From positions 1 through 64,000 of the forward strand of contig NW_013657653.1 in the NCBI RefSeq assembly GCF_000142905.1: a DNA stretch of 64,000 nt, written 5' to 3'. This document shows positions 22,639 through 33,014 of the stretch, piece by piece. Made by a program: the position numbers and the translations under genes. The stretch's first letter is position 1. The number at the start of each line of letters is the position of its first letter. Source of the stretch: Thecamonas trahens ATCC 50062. Its lineage: Eukaryota; Protista; Apusomonadida. Under the pieces are notes generated by a model. The model had not been told where the DNA came from, searched no databases, and saw nothing but the letters and a program-made list of their open reading frames with translations.

Positions 22639-25310
22639 ATGGCGCACCTCTCGCTCTTCTCGCAGGACTCGCCCTCGCCCTCGGCTGGCAAGCTGACCCC
22701 GGCGGTTGATTCTACGTCCTTTGACGACGACGACGACGAGAGAGCAGCTACCAGTCGGTCGCCATCTGCGCTCTCTTCGCCAAGGACCAACCTCTCGTCA
22801 CAGACTATGGACATTGCTTCTGACTCGACCTTTAGGTTCTCCTCGCTTGGGAGAGAGTCTTCCCTCTCTCGTGATCCTTCTTCAGATCCTGCTCGCTCCG
22901 CCATGGCCTCGGCTCGTCGTCGTCCGGCCACCAAGCGCTCCCGTCGTCTTGGTCGGACCATCGTTGCCGCCTTTAAGCGCCGTGGTCTCCAGCCTGATGT
23001 TGGTGCCCTCTCCGTTCTCGAGGCTCTGCTCTGTGATTGCACCCCCGATGAGGTCAAGTCGACCCTCCATGCTGTCATCTCCGGCCTGGAGACAGAAGAT
23101 CGTACGCTCGTCCCCCGAATCCCCCCTGCCCCGCCTGATCCCCCCGCCCTCTCCCTACTCCACCCCCCCCCCCCCCCTCCCCCTTTCTCTCCTCCGCACG
23201 CGGCACAGTCCGATCGTGCGTCCTCAACCGCGAAATCATCGAAAAGGTGGTCGAGGGCATGCAGGCGTCGTCGGTGGTGACGACGGCAGCTGCCATGGCA
23301 CCGCTCAGGGTCGTCTCGGCGTACGAGTTTCCCCGGCTGGTGTACTCGGCGACACGCGAGACAATGCAGGTCGAGCCGGCCAATGCGAGCAAGGTGATGA
23401 CCACGCCGCAGGCCAAGGCAGACATCTTCCGCAACCAGTACCGGTCCATCCACTCGCGGGTCCTCCGCAACAAGCTCTTCATGCCGCCGTTCCTCCACCG
23501 TGCGTCGTCGACCGCCGCGCCGAGCCAGCACTTTTCTCTCACGGCGATCGACTCGCTCCGCGCCTCGGGCGAGCGCTGCTGCGTCCTCGGCTTGCTTGTC
23601 CGCCTCCCGTCAGGCGAGTACGGCCTGGAGGACCTCGTCGGGACCGTGACCATTTCGCTGGCATCGGCCCAGCTGACTTCGGGCATGTTCACCGAGAACA
23701 CCTTTGTCCTCGCCGAGGGCGTCATGGTCGACTCGGTCTTTGACGTCGAGTACCTCGCCATGCCGCCGCCGGAAAAGGCGCCGGCATCGATGCTTGCCCT
23801 CGGCTCGGCCGTCGACCCCTACGGCGGAGCGCTCTCGGCCACCGACGCCGCCCGCGTTGCCGCCGCCCAGGCCGACGACCCGAGCGACCTCATCGTGCTC
23901 TCGGATGTGTGGCTCGACAAGCCGGAGACCTACGCCCGCCTCCGTGTTCTCTTTGAGGGCTTTGCCGACCTTGAGCCGGCTGGCTTTGTCTTTATCGGCA
24001 ACTTTACCTCGGTTCCCTACGCCTCGCTCCGCACCGTGTCCGACAAGCCTGGCGCGCCGCAGCGGTCGCCGCTCGACGTCCTCCGTCACTACTTTGACGC
24101 CCTCGCCGAGCTCATTGCTCAGTTCCCGGCGCTCGTCGCCTCGTCACAGTTTGTCTTTGTGCCGGGTGCCGACGATCCGGGCCTCGGCCGTGTCCTCCCG
24201 CGCCCGCCGCTCCCACCGGTTGTTCGCGGCAAGCTCAGCGACCTGTCCTGTGTGACCTTTACCACCAACCCGTGCCGCCTCTGGCTCTACTCGCAAGTCA
24301 TCACCGTCTTTCGCGAGGATCTGGTTAACAAGCTCCGCCGCCACTGCGTCCTCAAGCCGACGACCACAGAGACTAACCTCATGCACGAGCACGTTGTCAA
24401 GACCCTCGTCGATCAGGCCCATCTCCTCCCGCTCCCGCTCCACGCCGCCCCGCGCTACTGGCCGCACGCCCACGCTCTCACCAACTACCCGCTGCCTGAC
24501 GTCCTCGTCCTCGCAGACTCGTACGAGCAGTACAAGTCGGCGTACGAGGAGACCATTGCCTTCAATCCCTCGTCGTTTGGCACAGACTTTTCGTTTGTCG
24601 TCTACTCGCCGGCCTCAGCAGACGGCGACTCGAACGTCGAGTTCTCGCGCATCACCTCGATCGTTCCGCCGCCACCCGTCTATCTCTCCGACGACGAGGC
24701 CGTTGTCGACGCCGACGCTGAAGAGTCTGCTGCCGCCGCCCGTCTCGCCTCCCACGAAGCTCACGTTCCACCCGCCACCGACGTCTTCTACGGCGGCAAC
24801 GACGACGATGACGCCTCGCTGACACAGGACCTCATGCCGCTCCCACACAAGGTCACCGCGTCATCGACCTCGCCCGACTTTGAGCTCTCCGCAGACGATC
24901 TCCAGCGCGCCGTCCAGATCACACGCACTTCCCAGGCACGCGAGATGTCGCCCGCAGCCTTTGAAGCTTCGCTCCCGCCGCACGCCTCGCTTCGCCTCGC
25001 CTCGCAGGACGACTTTGCCGACATCGACGACGACCCGACCCTGGCCCCCGAGCACCCGGCCCTCGTCCTCGCCTCGCCGCAAGTCGCCTCCTCACCCGAT
25101 CCGCTCAGCGCTTCGCCGCGCCGCAAGCCGCTCGCCCGCCGCGCCCTCGTCGCGCCTGCCACTTCTGTGGCTGGGCATGCCGCCAGTCACGACGACAACG
25201 ACGACGACCAGACCCTCGCCGGCATGTCGCTCTCCGACTCGGACGATGATGACGATGACGACGCTCCGACCCTGGCCCCGCCGTCAGACATGGCCATTGC
25301 TAACCGCTAG
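22639..25310 (+). CDS. POLE2: DNA polymerase epsilon subunit B; join(22639..23101,23209..25310)
   Basis: LSDVWLD, FVFIGNF, FVFVPGADD, LPRPPLP, TTNPCRL, DQAHLLPLP, YPLPDVLVLAD and NPSSF. The 107-nt intron GTACGC...CAG restores the frame (ETEDLRSCVLNREIIEKVV). Alternative start at about 22902. Confidence 0.93.
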
Positions 25311-27309
25311 ACTCGTTGCCGCTTCCAATCGCGTACTCAGAGGGATCAACTTCCGGCCCGTCGACAACAGACGCGATGATAAACGGGGACGTGACCACAA
25401 GCGTGCCTTGGGGTGGTTTGCCTATCACCTGCTGACTCTCAGCGTCGACAACAATGGCCACCTTGCGTTGCTGCCACTTGCTCGCCACAGGAAAGTTGGG
25501 CAGAAGCTCACCGCCACCACACTCGACTAGCCGCTTCAACCGATCCGCTGTGCGCGGCCTGGCCCAAGTCTCACACGGCCCGACGTAAAACGCCCAGTCG
25601 GCAAACAGCGGTCGCTCTCCGCGCTGCCGCCGACTGATGTGATCCATTGGCGAGATATATATGTCTCCGGCCTTGATCTTGACCACATATTCCAATGCGT
25701 CCACAACCTTGCCCTCTTCCCTGCACGCTTCAAGCCAGCCGGTGCTCACAATCGGCACTCTGATCGCCAGCGCACAGAAAACCTTCATCTTCTGCGTGGT
25801 CCATCCCTCCTCGCCACCCACCACCAGGTGCGTCGTCCGCTCGGGCTCCACCTCCTTCTCGACCTTACCGCCGAGCATCTCGACGATCGCCTTTGCATTT
25901 TCAACGGATTCGTTGGATTTGAAGTCAGAAAAGACGACCACCAGCTCCTCAGCCTGCGGCTCGGCGTCGAGGACCTGCCCATTGGTCTGTGGCTCATCGT
26001 CGACAGACGCAAGGTTCAGCGTCCGCCGCGACTGCACCGGTTGCGACTGCCACCGCTGTAGCCACTTCCCGAGCGTCTGCCCGCGCAGAATACACTTTGA
26101 CCACAGCGATCGCGGCGACATGCCGTTGTTGGCCTCGGCCATCGCCGCCGACCACTCGCGGACTCGCCTGCTCTGACCGCTCTCGGCGTCAAGTACATGC
26201 CCATTGGCCTGCAAGCTCGCCCTCTTGCTACCGTACATGATCACATCACCGACCCTGGCCTGGCCGGACCGAATGAGCTCCACCAGCCGCGCTGAGACCG
26301 GCATCGAGCTCTGCAAGCTGTGTGGAGCTTGTGGCGGGGCCGATATACCGATCGCGCTGCCCGCACCTAACTTGCGTCGCCGCTGCCGCACCAGCATACG
26401 TGGCGATGCCTCATATGCTGCGGAAGATGCCGAATACGGGCTCTGGCGATCATCAGTCTCGTCTGCTGGCTTGTCGATGGTTCGCTTCCGCTTGCGGCCG
26501 ACAGTCGCCCCGCTCGCCGGGCTGCCGCTTGCCGGCATTCGGGTCAAGCCCATGTCAGCTATGCTCGGCACACACGCGACAGCTGGCTTCTCTTTGACAG
26601 CCATCAGTTTGGGCGTGACCGAGCTGGTGGCAGGCGATCCCGGTGCCGCGGCCTCTGCATTCGGCACGGCGCGGGCGCCCTCGGCCGAGCCCGGACTGGC
26701 GTCAGCACCAGTCACAAGCGCATGCAGCTTGTGAAACAGCTCGAGAGTCTGCGTCAGCACAATGTCCTTGCGCGCCATAACAGATCTCTTTTGCTCATCT
26801 TTGATTTGGAAGAGCGGCTCGTTGCAGCGCGGGCAAAACGGATCCACGCCACCGGGCAGCTTCCAGGCATCACGCTGGACACAACCGGAACAGAACGAAT
26901 GGCCACAGTACACCGTCACCGGGTCGACTAGCAAGTGCTCTCCCTCCTTCAACATGGATGACAAGTTAGCCATACAGTCAGACACAGCCCGTGCTGATGG
27001 CGGCGTGCATGGTAGTGACGACGGCTCTCCACTTGCCACTGGTCCTGCGCCGCTTGTGCCGCCTGTGGCCCTTGAGCGCATCGATGATGATGCTGGTGTG
27101 GTTGTTGTTGCTGTTGTTGCTGTTGTTGTTGTTGTCGTCGTCGTCGTTGGTGTTGATGATGATGGTGGCCATGCTGGCGCTGCTGCAGCAGACGATGAGG
27201 CAGCTGTCCCGTGGCCACCACCGTTTGCTCTTGCACGGCTCGCCGAGCATACCAGACCCGAGCACAGCTTTGGCAGCAACTGTCTCACATACTCCATATC
27301 CATCCTCAT
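25300..27309 (-). CDS. BARD1/BRCA1-like protein: RING + RAMA-like domain + tandem BRCT
   Basis: RING core DPVTVYCGHSFCSGC...CPRC followed by a BARD1-like helix (DIVLTQTLELFHKLHALV). Two BRCT repeats (LGGKV...TTHLVV...PIVSTGWLEAC; PLFADWAFYV...LVECGGGEL). The ORF extension to 27552 is a (CCGA)n repeat and probably non-coding. Confidence 0.8.
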   Translation of the reverse strand: MRMDMEYVRQLLPKLCSGLVCSASRARANGGGHGTAASSSAAAAPAWPPSSSTPTTTTTTTTTATTATTTTPASSSMRSRATGGTSGAGPVASGEPSSLPCTPPSARAVSDCMANLSSMLKEGEHLLVDPVTVYCGHSFCSGCVQRDAWKLPGGVDPFCPRCNEPLFQIKDEQKRSVMARKDIVLTQTLELFHKLHALVTGADASPGSAEGARAVPNAEAAAPGSPATSSVTPKLMAVKEKPAVACVPSIADMGLTRMPASGSPASGATVGRKRKRTIDKPADETDDRQSPYSASSAAYEASPRMLVRQRRRKLGAGSAIGISAPPQAPHSLQSSMPVSARLVELIRSGQARVGDVIMYGSKRASLQANGHVLDAESGQSRRVREWSAAMAEANNGMSPRSLWSKCILRGQTLGKWLQRWQSQPVQSRRTLNLASVDDEPQTNGQVLDAEPQAEELVVVFSDFKSNESVENAKAIVEMLGGKVEKEVEPERTTHLVVGGEEGWTTQKMKVFCALAIRVPIVSTGWLEACREEGKVVDALEYVVKIKAGDIYISPMDHISRRQRGERPLFADWAFYVGPCETWARPRTADRLKRLVECGGGELLPNFPVASKWQQRKVAIVVDAESQQVIGKPPQGTLVVTSPFIIASVVDGPEVDPSEYAIGSGNESSG

Positions 27310-27447
27310 TTCCACACACAGCCTCTCTCTTCTAATATCCTCCCTCCTCTCACCCCTTATCAACGCCCTGCTCTCCAAACACGCGCCACTGCGCAACCGT
27401 AGTCGGTCCGGGCGTTGAGTGGCTGTCGACGTGTGTGCCCCTCTTCG

Positions 27448-27535
27448 CGACCGAACCGACCGACCGACCGACGACCGACCGACCGACCGACCGACCGACC
27501 GACCGACCGACCGACCGACCGACCGATCGACCGAC
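27448..27535. repeat. (CCGA)n microsatellite in a divergent promoter region
   Basis: About 20 tandem CCGA/GACC units between the BRCT gene and the kinesin. A (GATCAC)5 tract follows at about 27710-27739. Confidence 0.9.
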
Positions 27536-27802
27536 CCATACTCTACAGGCATGACAAGCAGCTACATCGACCGATCATCCATTGAATCCATCCCTCTTCC
27601 ATCTCATCCCCATCCTCATCCCCATCCCCGATCACCTCCATCCCCATCCCCATGTCCAGCTCCATCTCTTGTCCCTCTTCCCAACGATCACCACCGCAAA
27701 CACCACCATGATCACGATCACGATCACGATCACGATCACCCTCTCCCTCCCCCCGCCCCCGCCACCTGGTGAGCCGTCACCACCATCCCACTTCAGACAA
27801 AC

Positions 27803-30800
27803 ATGGACCCACCCCGGCGGCGACGACGCAGCCGGCCATCCTCCCGTGCAGGCCATGAGACTACTTCTGACGGGCGGCCGCCCAAGCCCACCCCACCGCC
27901 GACTGCGTCTCCGTCAGGTCGGCGCCAAAACCAAGATTTTGGCGCCAAGCCGGCGGACAAGACAGCCAGGCGGGAGGAACGAGCTGAAAGTAGCCGAGCT
28001 GGTGGAGGCGGAGGAGGTGACGCAGCTGGTGCTGGTGGTGCTGAACGTGTCAAGGTTGTTCTTCGTATTCGACCGCTCATCGCCAAGGAAAAGCTAGCGA
28101 GCTGCAAGCCATGCGTCCAACTTCCGGCGGGACTGCCGCATGCTGTTGTCCTCGGCTCGGGCAAGGCGGCGAGGGACTTTGACTTTGATTCTGTCCTCCC
28201 GCCGACCACCGACCAGGCCCGAGTCTTTGATGCTGCTGTGGCGCCGCTGCTGGATGGTCTCTTTGATGGCATCAACTCGTCCATTCTCGCCTACGGCCAG
28301 ACTGCCTCGGGCAAGTCGTACACCATGGGCACTCTGCCCGGCGCCTCGGCGGCATCGGATGCCACTCGTGGCATCATTCCGCGAGTCATCGACGCCATCT
28401 TTGCCCGCATGGCCGACGAGTCGGTCGACGGCGCCCAGTTCCTCCTCCGCGTCTCTTTCATCGAGATCTACAACGAGACCATCCGCGACCTGCTCAACCC
28501 GGAGCTACACGCTGCTGTCGGCGCCACCTTTCTCGACCGCATGCGGGCCAAGGCTGCCCGAAAGAAGACCTCGCTCAAGGTGCGCGAGGATGCAGACGGC
28601 GTCGTCACCGTCGTCGGCGCCACCGACCAGATCGTGACCACCCCGGCCGAGCTCACCGCCGCCATCGCCACCGGCACCCTCGCTCGTTCCACAGGCGCCA
28701 CCGACATGAACGCGGCCTCCAACCGCTCCCACTGCATCATCACCCTCACCCTCGAGCGCCACGCTCCAGGCGCAGACACATACACGGTCGCCAAGCTCAA
28801 CCTGGTCGATCTCGCCGGCTCGGAGCGCCTCAAGCGGACCCATGCGTCCGGCAAGCGTCTCGCCGAGTCCAAGGCCATCAACAAGGGTCTCCTTGCCCTC
28901 GGAAATGTCATCTCCGCCCTCGCCTCCTCAGCTTCCCATCCGCAGCCCTCCGCCCGGACCCAGGTCCACGTCCCCTACCGCTCGTCCAAGCTCACCCGCG
29001 TTCTCCAGGACTCGCTCGGTGGCTCGTCGCGAACCGTCATGCTCGCATGTATCTCGCCGGCAGACGTCAACTACGCCGAGTCGCTCAACACCCTCAAGTA
29101 CGCCTCGCGTGCCCGCGCCATCACCAACCACATCCGCAAGCACGCCCAGCAGGGCTCATCCCACCTCTGCGCCCTCTCCGCAGAAGTCGAGCAGCTCCAG
29201 CTCAATCTCGTCAAGCGCGCTCTCATCCGCGACCACACCGGAAACAAGGTCACTGTCGGTGCCCTCCTCGAGGACCGGGCCGCCTCGCTCGCCGACCTTG
29301 TCAAGGACGAGTACTACCGCAACCAGATCGCTGCTGCCTCCTCGCTCATCATTTCGTCGTCGATGGCCCTCCGTGCCTCGGTCTCGCGCCCGCCACCCTC
29401 GCCTCCTGCTCCGTTGTCTGCCTCTGACGCAGTTGCGCCAGAGCTCCTCGACCGCCTCGCCGCCGCTGATCACGAGCGCGAGCAGTGGCTCGCCTTTGTC
29501 TCCCTCCTCCAAGAGCGCGGCCTCCTCGATGCCGAGCTTCGCGCCTTTCTCCAGGACAACGTCCTTGTCCACGTCAAGCCGTTTGCCGCCCCGATCCCCA
29601 CCCCAACGCTCTTCACCCGGCCAACCACCTCGGCCGGCCCTCGCCGCAGCGCTTCGACCTCGGACTTGGCCACCTCTGCCTCTGCCCACCGCCCGCTCAG
29701 CGCGCCGTCCCGTCCGATCGGCTCGGACGGCGGCGTCCTGCCGGCTCACGTTCTGGACGAGCTCGAGGAGGCCCATGCTGCGCTCGCAGACGCCCAGGAG
29801 GATCTCGCTCGCGACGAGGAGATATTTGCCGCTAAGACTGCCGAGATTCGTCAGCTCCATGACCTGCTCGCCGCCCTTCAGGCCGAGAATGACGCGCTCC
29901 GCTCCGCTGCCCCCGGCCTCACGGTCCCAGCAGCCCGCGAGACCACTCCCGCGCCATCGGGCGACGACCGCAAGCTCGTCGCCGCACTCGGCGTCTCGCC
30001 GGCTGTTGGCGCTGACGTCGCTCCGCTCGCCTCGGCCCCGCACCCAGCCCACGGCTCACTCATGGCCCGCATGTTTGCGCAACGGATTGAGGATGCCAAC
30101 GACAACGTGCTCGTCATCGATGACACGCTGCTTGACGACGACGACTCGGCCATCGCACCGCCACCGGCCGCGCATGCGTCGGCGTCGGCAGACAACGTCG
30201 GCCTCCTCCACACCCGCATCGCTGAGCTCGAAGACATGCTCCACCGCCGCGACCACGAACTCGCCGTCGTTGCAGCCGAGCTCGCCGGTGGCGACACCAC
30301 GGGCTCGCGCTCGATGATGCTCTCCGGCTTGGACGAGTCGGAGCTCCCGCTCGAAGCCGCTGTCGATGACCCGGTCGTTCTCAAGCTCAAGGCCAAGAAC
30401 GTCAAGCTCACCCGGAGGGTCAAGGAGCTCTCGCGCGAGCTCCATGCCGTGGGGAAGGACCACGCCACTGCGCTTGCCTCGCTTGACGCCGCGCTCTCCA
30501 AGGAGAAGCAGACCGTCGCCTCGCTGACCAACAAGCTCGAGACTCAGGCCCGCATGCTCCGCATCAAGTCGGACCAGCTGCACTCGGCCCGCAAAAAGTC
30601 GCGCTCGCCGGCCCTCGACGCGTCAACCCTCTCCGTCGCCTCCGAGTCGACCCATGACCCGCTGCCGGCCGCTCCGGCCGTTCCGACGCGCAAGAGCGTC
30701 GCGCCAGTCGACGTCCCGGAAGTCATCGTCACCGACGACGAACTCGATGCTGTCGTGGGCCAGCAGAGGAAGCTGACCAAGCTGGAGGCTGCGCTCGCCG

Positions 30801-31897
30801 AGCGCGAGGCCGACCTCGAGCGCCGCGAGCAGCTCCTCGCGCAGCACGCGTCGGCCCAGGTCAAGGCGCTTCGGTCGTCGCTCAACCTCCGGCGCTCGCT
30901 CGACGCTGTCGAGTCCAAGCTCGAAGACGCCGCCGAGGCCGAGGCCGCCGCCGACAACGAGGCCGTGGCTCTTGCCTACCTCGGCAGCCAGGTCGACTCG
31001 CTGCTGCTGGAGAAGTCGCAGCTCGAAGCCGCGCTCGACGACGCCGCCGCGGGCGTCACCCCTGAGGCCGTGCTTGTGGCCGAGCTCGAGGACGAGCTCG
31101 ACGAGCTCGACGCCAAGCTTGCTTTTGTCGACGAGTCCATCGCCGAGACCCAGGACGAGATCAACGCGTCGCGCGCGTCCGACGCCGCCGGCTCGGCCAC
31201 CTTCCTTGAGGCAACGCTGTCCAAGCTCGCCTCACTCACCTCGCTCGACGCTGCCACAAACCTGCTCAAAACCTACTTTCTCAAGATTGTCGAGCTTAAG
31301 GAGGAGGTTTACGTCCTTGACCGCGTCGAGCTCCCCTCGCTCCACCTCCAACTCGACGAGGCTCACGCCCAGCTCGCCGCCGCACACGACACCCTGGCGC
31401 TCGCGCGCTCTGACACCGCCGCCAAGCTCGACGCCGCCCACAAGGACACCTACTACTACAAGACGACTAACAAGGAGCTCAAGGCCAAGCTCCGCGAGCT
31501 CATGCAGGCCGCCGTCGAGCAGCAGGCTCTGTTCGAGGCCGAGCAGGAGCAGTACGACGCACTTGACGCCGAGGCCCGCCATCTCCGCGCAGAGCTCGAC
31601 CGGCTGCGTGCGGCCCAAGCTGCGCCCCCGCCCGCCACTACCGTGTCGCCGCCAGTTCGTGCGGCGCCGCGTGCCTCGCTCCGCCCGCTCACCGCAGACG
31701 AGATCTCGTTCCGCTCCAACCTCACCGCGCTCTCGTCGTCGATCGGCGGCGCCTTTGGCTACGAAGACGACTCGCTAGAGTCGTCCAAGATGGGCTCGGC
31801 CGCTGGCAAGTACTTTGCCTCGACAGCTTCGTTCCTCGACTCGACGGCTCACATCGAGTCTGACGCCGACGTCCCACTCGGTTCGCCGCCTCGGTAA
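27803..31897 (+). CDS. Kinesin-4 family motor, KIF27/KIF7-like
   Basis: P-loop YGQTASGKSYTMG, switch I NAASNRSH, switch II DLAGSE and HVPYRSSKLTRVLQDSLGG. Long coiled coil with KIF7/27-type tail motifs (LLKTYFLKIVELK, KDTYYYKTTNKELKAKLRE). Confidence 0.93.
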   Translation: MDPPRRRRRSRPSSRAGHETTSDGRPPKPTPPPTASPSGRRQNQDFGAKPADKTARREERAESSRAGGGGGGDAAGAGGAERVKVVLRIRPLIAKEKLASCKPCVQLPAGLPHAVVLGSGKAARDFDFDSVLPPTTDQARVFDAAVAPLLDGLFDGINSSILAYGQTASGKSYTMGTLPGASAASDATRGIIPRVIDAIFARMADESVDGAQFLLRVSFIEIYNETIRDLLNPELHAAVGATFLDRMRAKAARKKTSLKVREDADGVVTVVGATDQIVTTPAELTAAIATGTLARSTGATDMNAASNRSHCIITLTLERHAPGADTYTVAKLNLVDLAGSERLKRTHASGKRLAESKAINKGLLALGNVISALASSASHPQPSARTQVHVPYRSSKLTRVLQDSLGGSSRTVMLACISPADVNYAESLNTLKYASRARAITNHIRKHAQQGSSHLCALSAEVEQLQLNLVKRALIRDHTGNKVTVGALLEDRAASLADLVKDEYYRNQIAAASSLIISSSMALRASVSRPPPSPPAPLSASDAVAPELLDRLAAADHEREQWLAFVSLLQERGLLDAELRAFLQDNVLVHVKPFAAPIPTPTLFTRPTTSAGPRRSASTSDLATSASAHRPLSAPSRPIGSDGGVLPAHVLDELEEAHAALADAQEDLARDEEIFAAKTAEIRQLHDLLAALQAENDALRSAAPGLTVPAARETTPAPSGDDRKLVAALGVSPAVGADVAPLASAPHPAHGSLMARMFAQRIEDANDNVLVIDDTLLDDDDSAIAPPPAAHASASADNVGLLHTRIAELEDMLHRRDHELAVVAAELAGGDTTGSRSMMLSGLDESELPLEAAVDDPVVLKLKAKNVKLTRRVKELSRELHAVGKDHATALASLDAALSKEKQTVASLTNKLETQARMLRIKSDQLHSARKKSRSPALDASTLSVASESTHDPLPAAPAVPTRKSVAPVDVPEVIVTDDELDAVVGQQRKLTKLEAALAEREADLERREQLLAQHASAQVKALRSSLNLRRSLDAVESKLEDAAEAEAAADNEAVALAYLGSQVDSLLLEKSQLEAALDDAAAGVTPEAVLVAELEDELDELDAKLAFVDESIAETQDEINASRASDAAGSATFLEATLSKLASLTSLDAATNLLKTYFLKIVELKEEVYVLDRVELPSLHLQLDEAHAQLAAAHDTLALARSDTAAKLDAAHKDTYYYKTTNKELKAKLRELMQAAVEQQALFEAEQEQYDALDAEARHLRAELDRLRAAQAAPPPATTVSPPVRAAPRASLRPLTADEISFRSNLTALSSSIGGAFGYEDDSLESSKMGSAAGKYFASTASFLDSTAHIESDADVPLGSPPR

Positions 31898-31908
31898 AGT
31901 GCCGTCCT

Positions 31909-32811
31909 TCACACCAGCTGTACCGACGCAATAGCTGCCGTCCGCTCCTCCTCATGCTTCTTGCGAGTATAGCTGTACCCGCCCCACGCCACCGCCCCGG
32001 CACCGACCAGCGCAAACGCCACTAGCGTCAGCGTCGACGCTGTCCGCTCCGCCGGCGCCATCGTCGTTGTCTTTCCGCCGCTGCCTGGCGCCGACGACTC
32101 GGCCACCACCTCAAAGCTCAACAGGTGCGACATCAGCGGCCGCTCGGCGTCGAGATACGCGTTGCCGCTGGCGTACATGGCGTCCCAATCAAAGTTCTCG
32201 CCGTATCCAGCATACAGCGCCTCGAACGGGGCCATGGCCATGTCGAGCGTCGTCCGAGTAGTGTCCGGCCCATCTGCGAGTAGCGCATCGAGCTGAGCCT
32301 GGCTCGCCACTGGCGGCTGGACAACGGCAAAGGCGGTAAAGCCAAGGGCATCAAGTCGCGAGTTGTCAGCATAGTTGATGTACATCTCGATGGATCGACA
32401 GCAAGTCGAGCTTCGATCCTCCGAGTACTCTGCCCCAAAGGCAATGGTGCCACGAGTGTTCGAGTACGCCACCGAGCCATCGACTTCGTTCGGCAGTTCA
32501 TCCGCCAGCCACCTTGCCGTCACCTCGGGATTGCCAGGCGTACCCCATTGCGCCACAAATGCCGTACCAGCGGTATCGTTCCGAATGACACGGAAGAACC
32601 TCGAGTCATCAAACACGCCGCCCTTGGCCAATGCGTACATGCGGTCAGCTGCAAGCGGTGCCCGCGCCCGCTCAGCCACCACCAAGGCAGCGCCTGTCGA
32701 CATGCGCATGGAGACCACAAACCTGTCAGGGCCACGAGGTGATGGCGCTCCAGAGATACCCACAACAAGCGCAAGTGCCACAACGAGGCAGACCATGGTC
32801 TGCATGGCCAT
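31909..32811 (-). CDS. Cyclophilin-type peptidyl-prolyl isomerase with signal peptide and C-terminal TM anchor
   Basis: APLAADRMYAL...FDDSRFFRVI...FVAQWG, SNTRGTIAF and YINYADNSRLDALGF. Hydrophobic N-terminus and a TM segment before a basic tail. Confidence 0.8.
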   Translation of the reverse strand: MAMQTMVCLVVALALVVGISGAPSPRGPDRFVVSMRMSTGAALVVAERARAPLAADRMYALAKGGVFDDSRFFRVIRNDTAGTAFVAQWGTPGNPEVTARWLADELPNEVDGSVAYSNTRGTIAFGAEYSEDRSSTCCRSIEMYINYADNSRLDALGFTAFAVVQPPVASQAQLDALLADGPDTTRTTLDMAMAPFEALYAGYGENFDWDAMYASGNAYLDAERPLMSHLLSFEVVAESSAPGSGGKTTTMAPAERTASTLTLVAFALVGAGAVAWGGYSYTRKKHEEERTAAIASVQLV

Positions 32812-33014
32812 TGCGGGAGGGAGACGGCGAGAGAGAGAGGGGTGTCGCCGTACGTCTTTGTCTCGCCGCGCCGACCGTGATCGTGATCGCGATCAGAATG
32901 GCAATACGTGGCATGTGCACGAGTGGCCACACACAGGTAGGGGCAACGCGGGACGGTCCAGCATCTGACGCACGCCAACGCGACGTCCTCTCTCCGGAAA
33001 CAGGAGAAGATATC

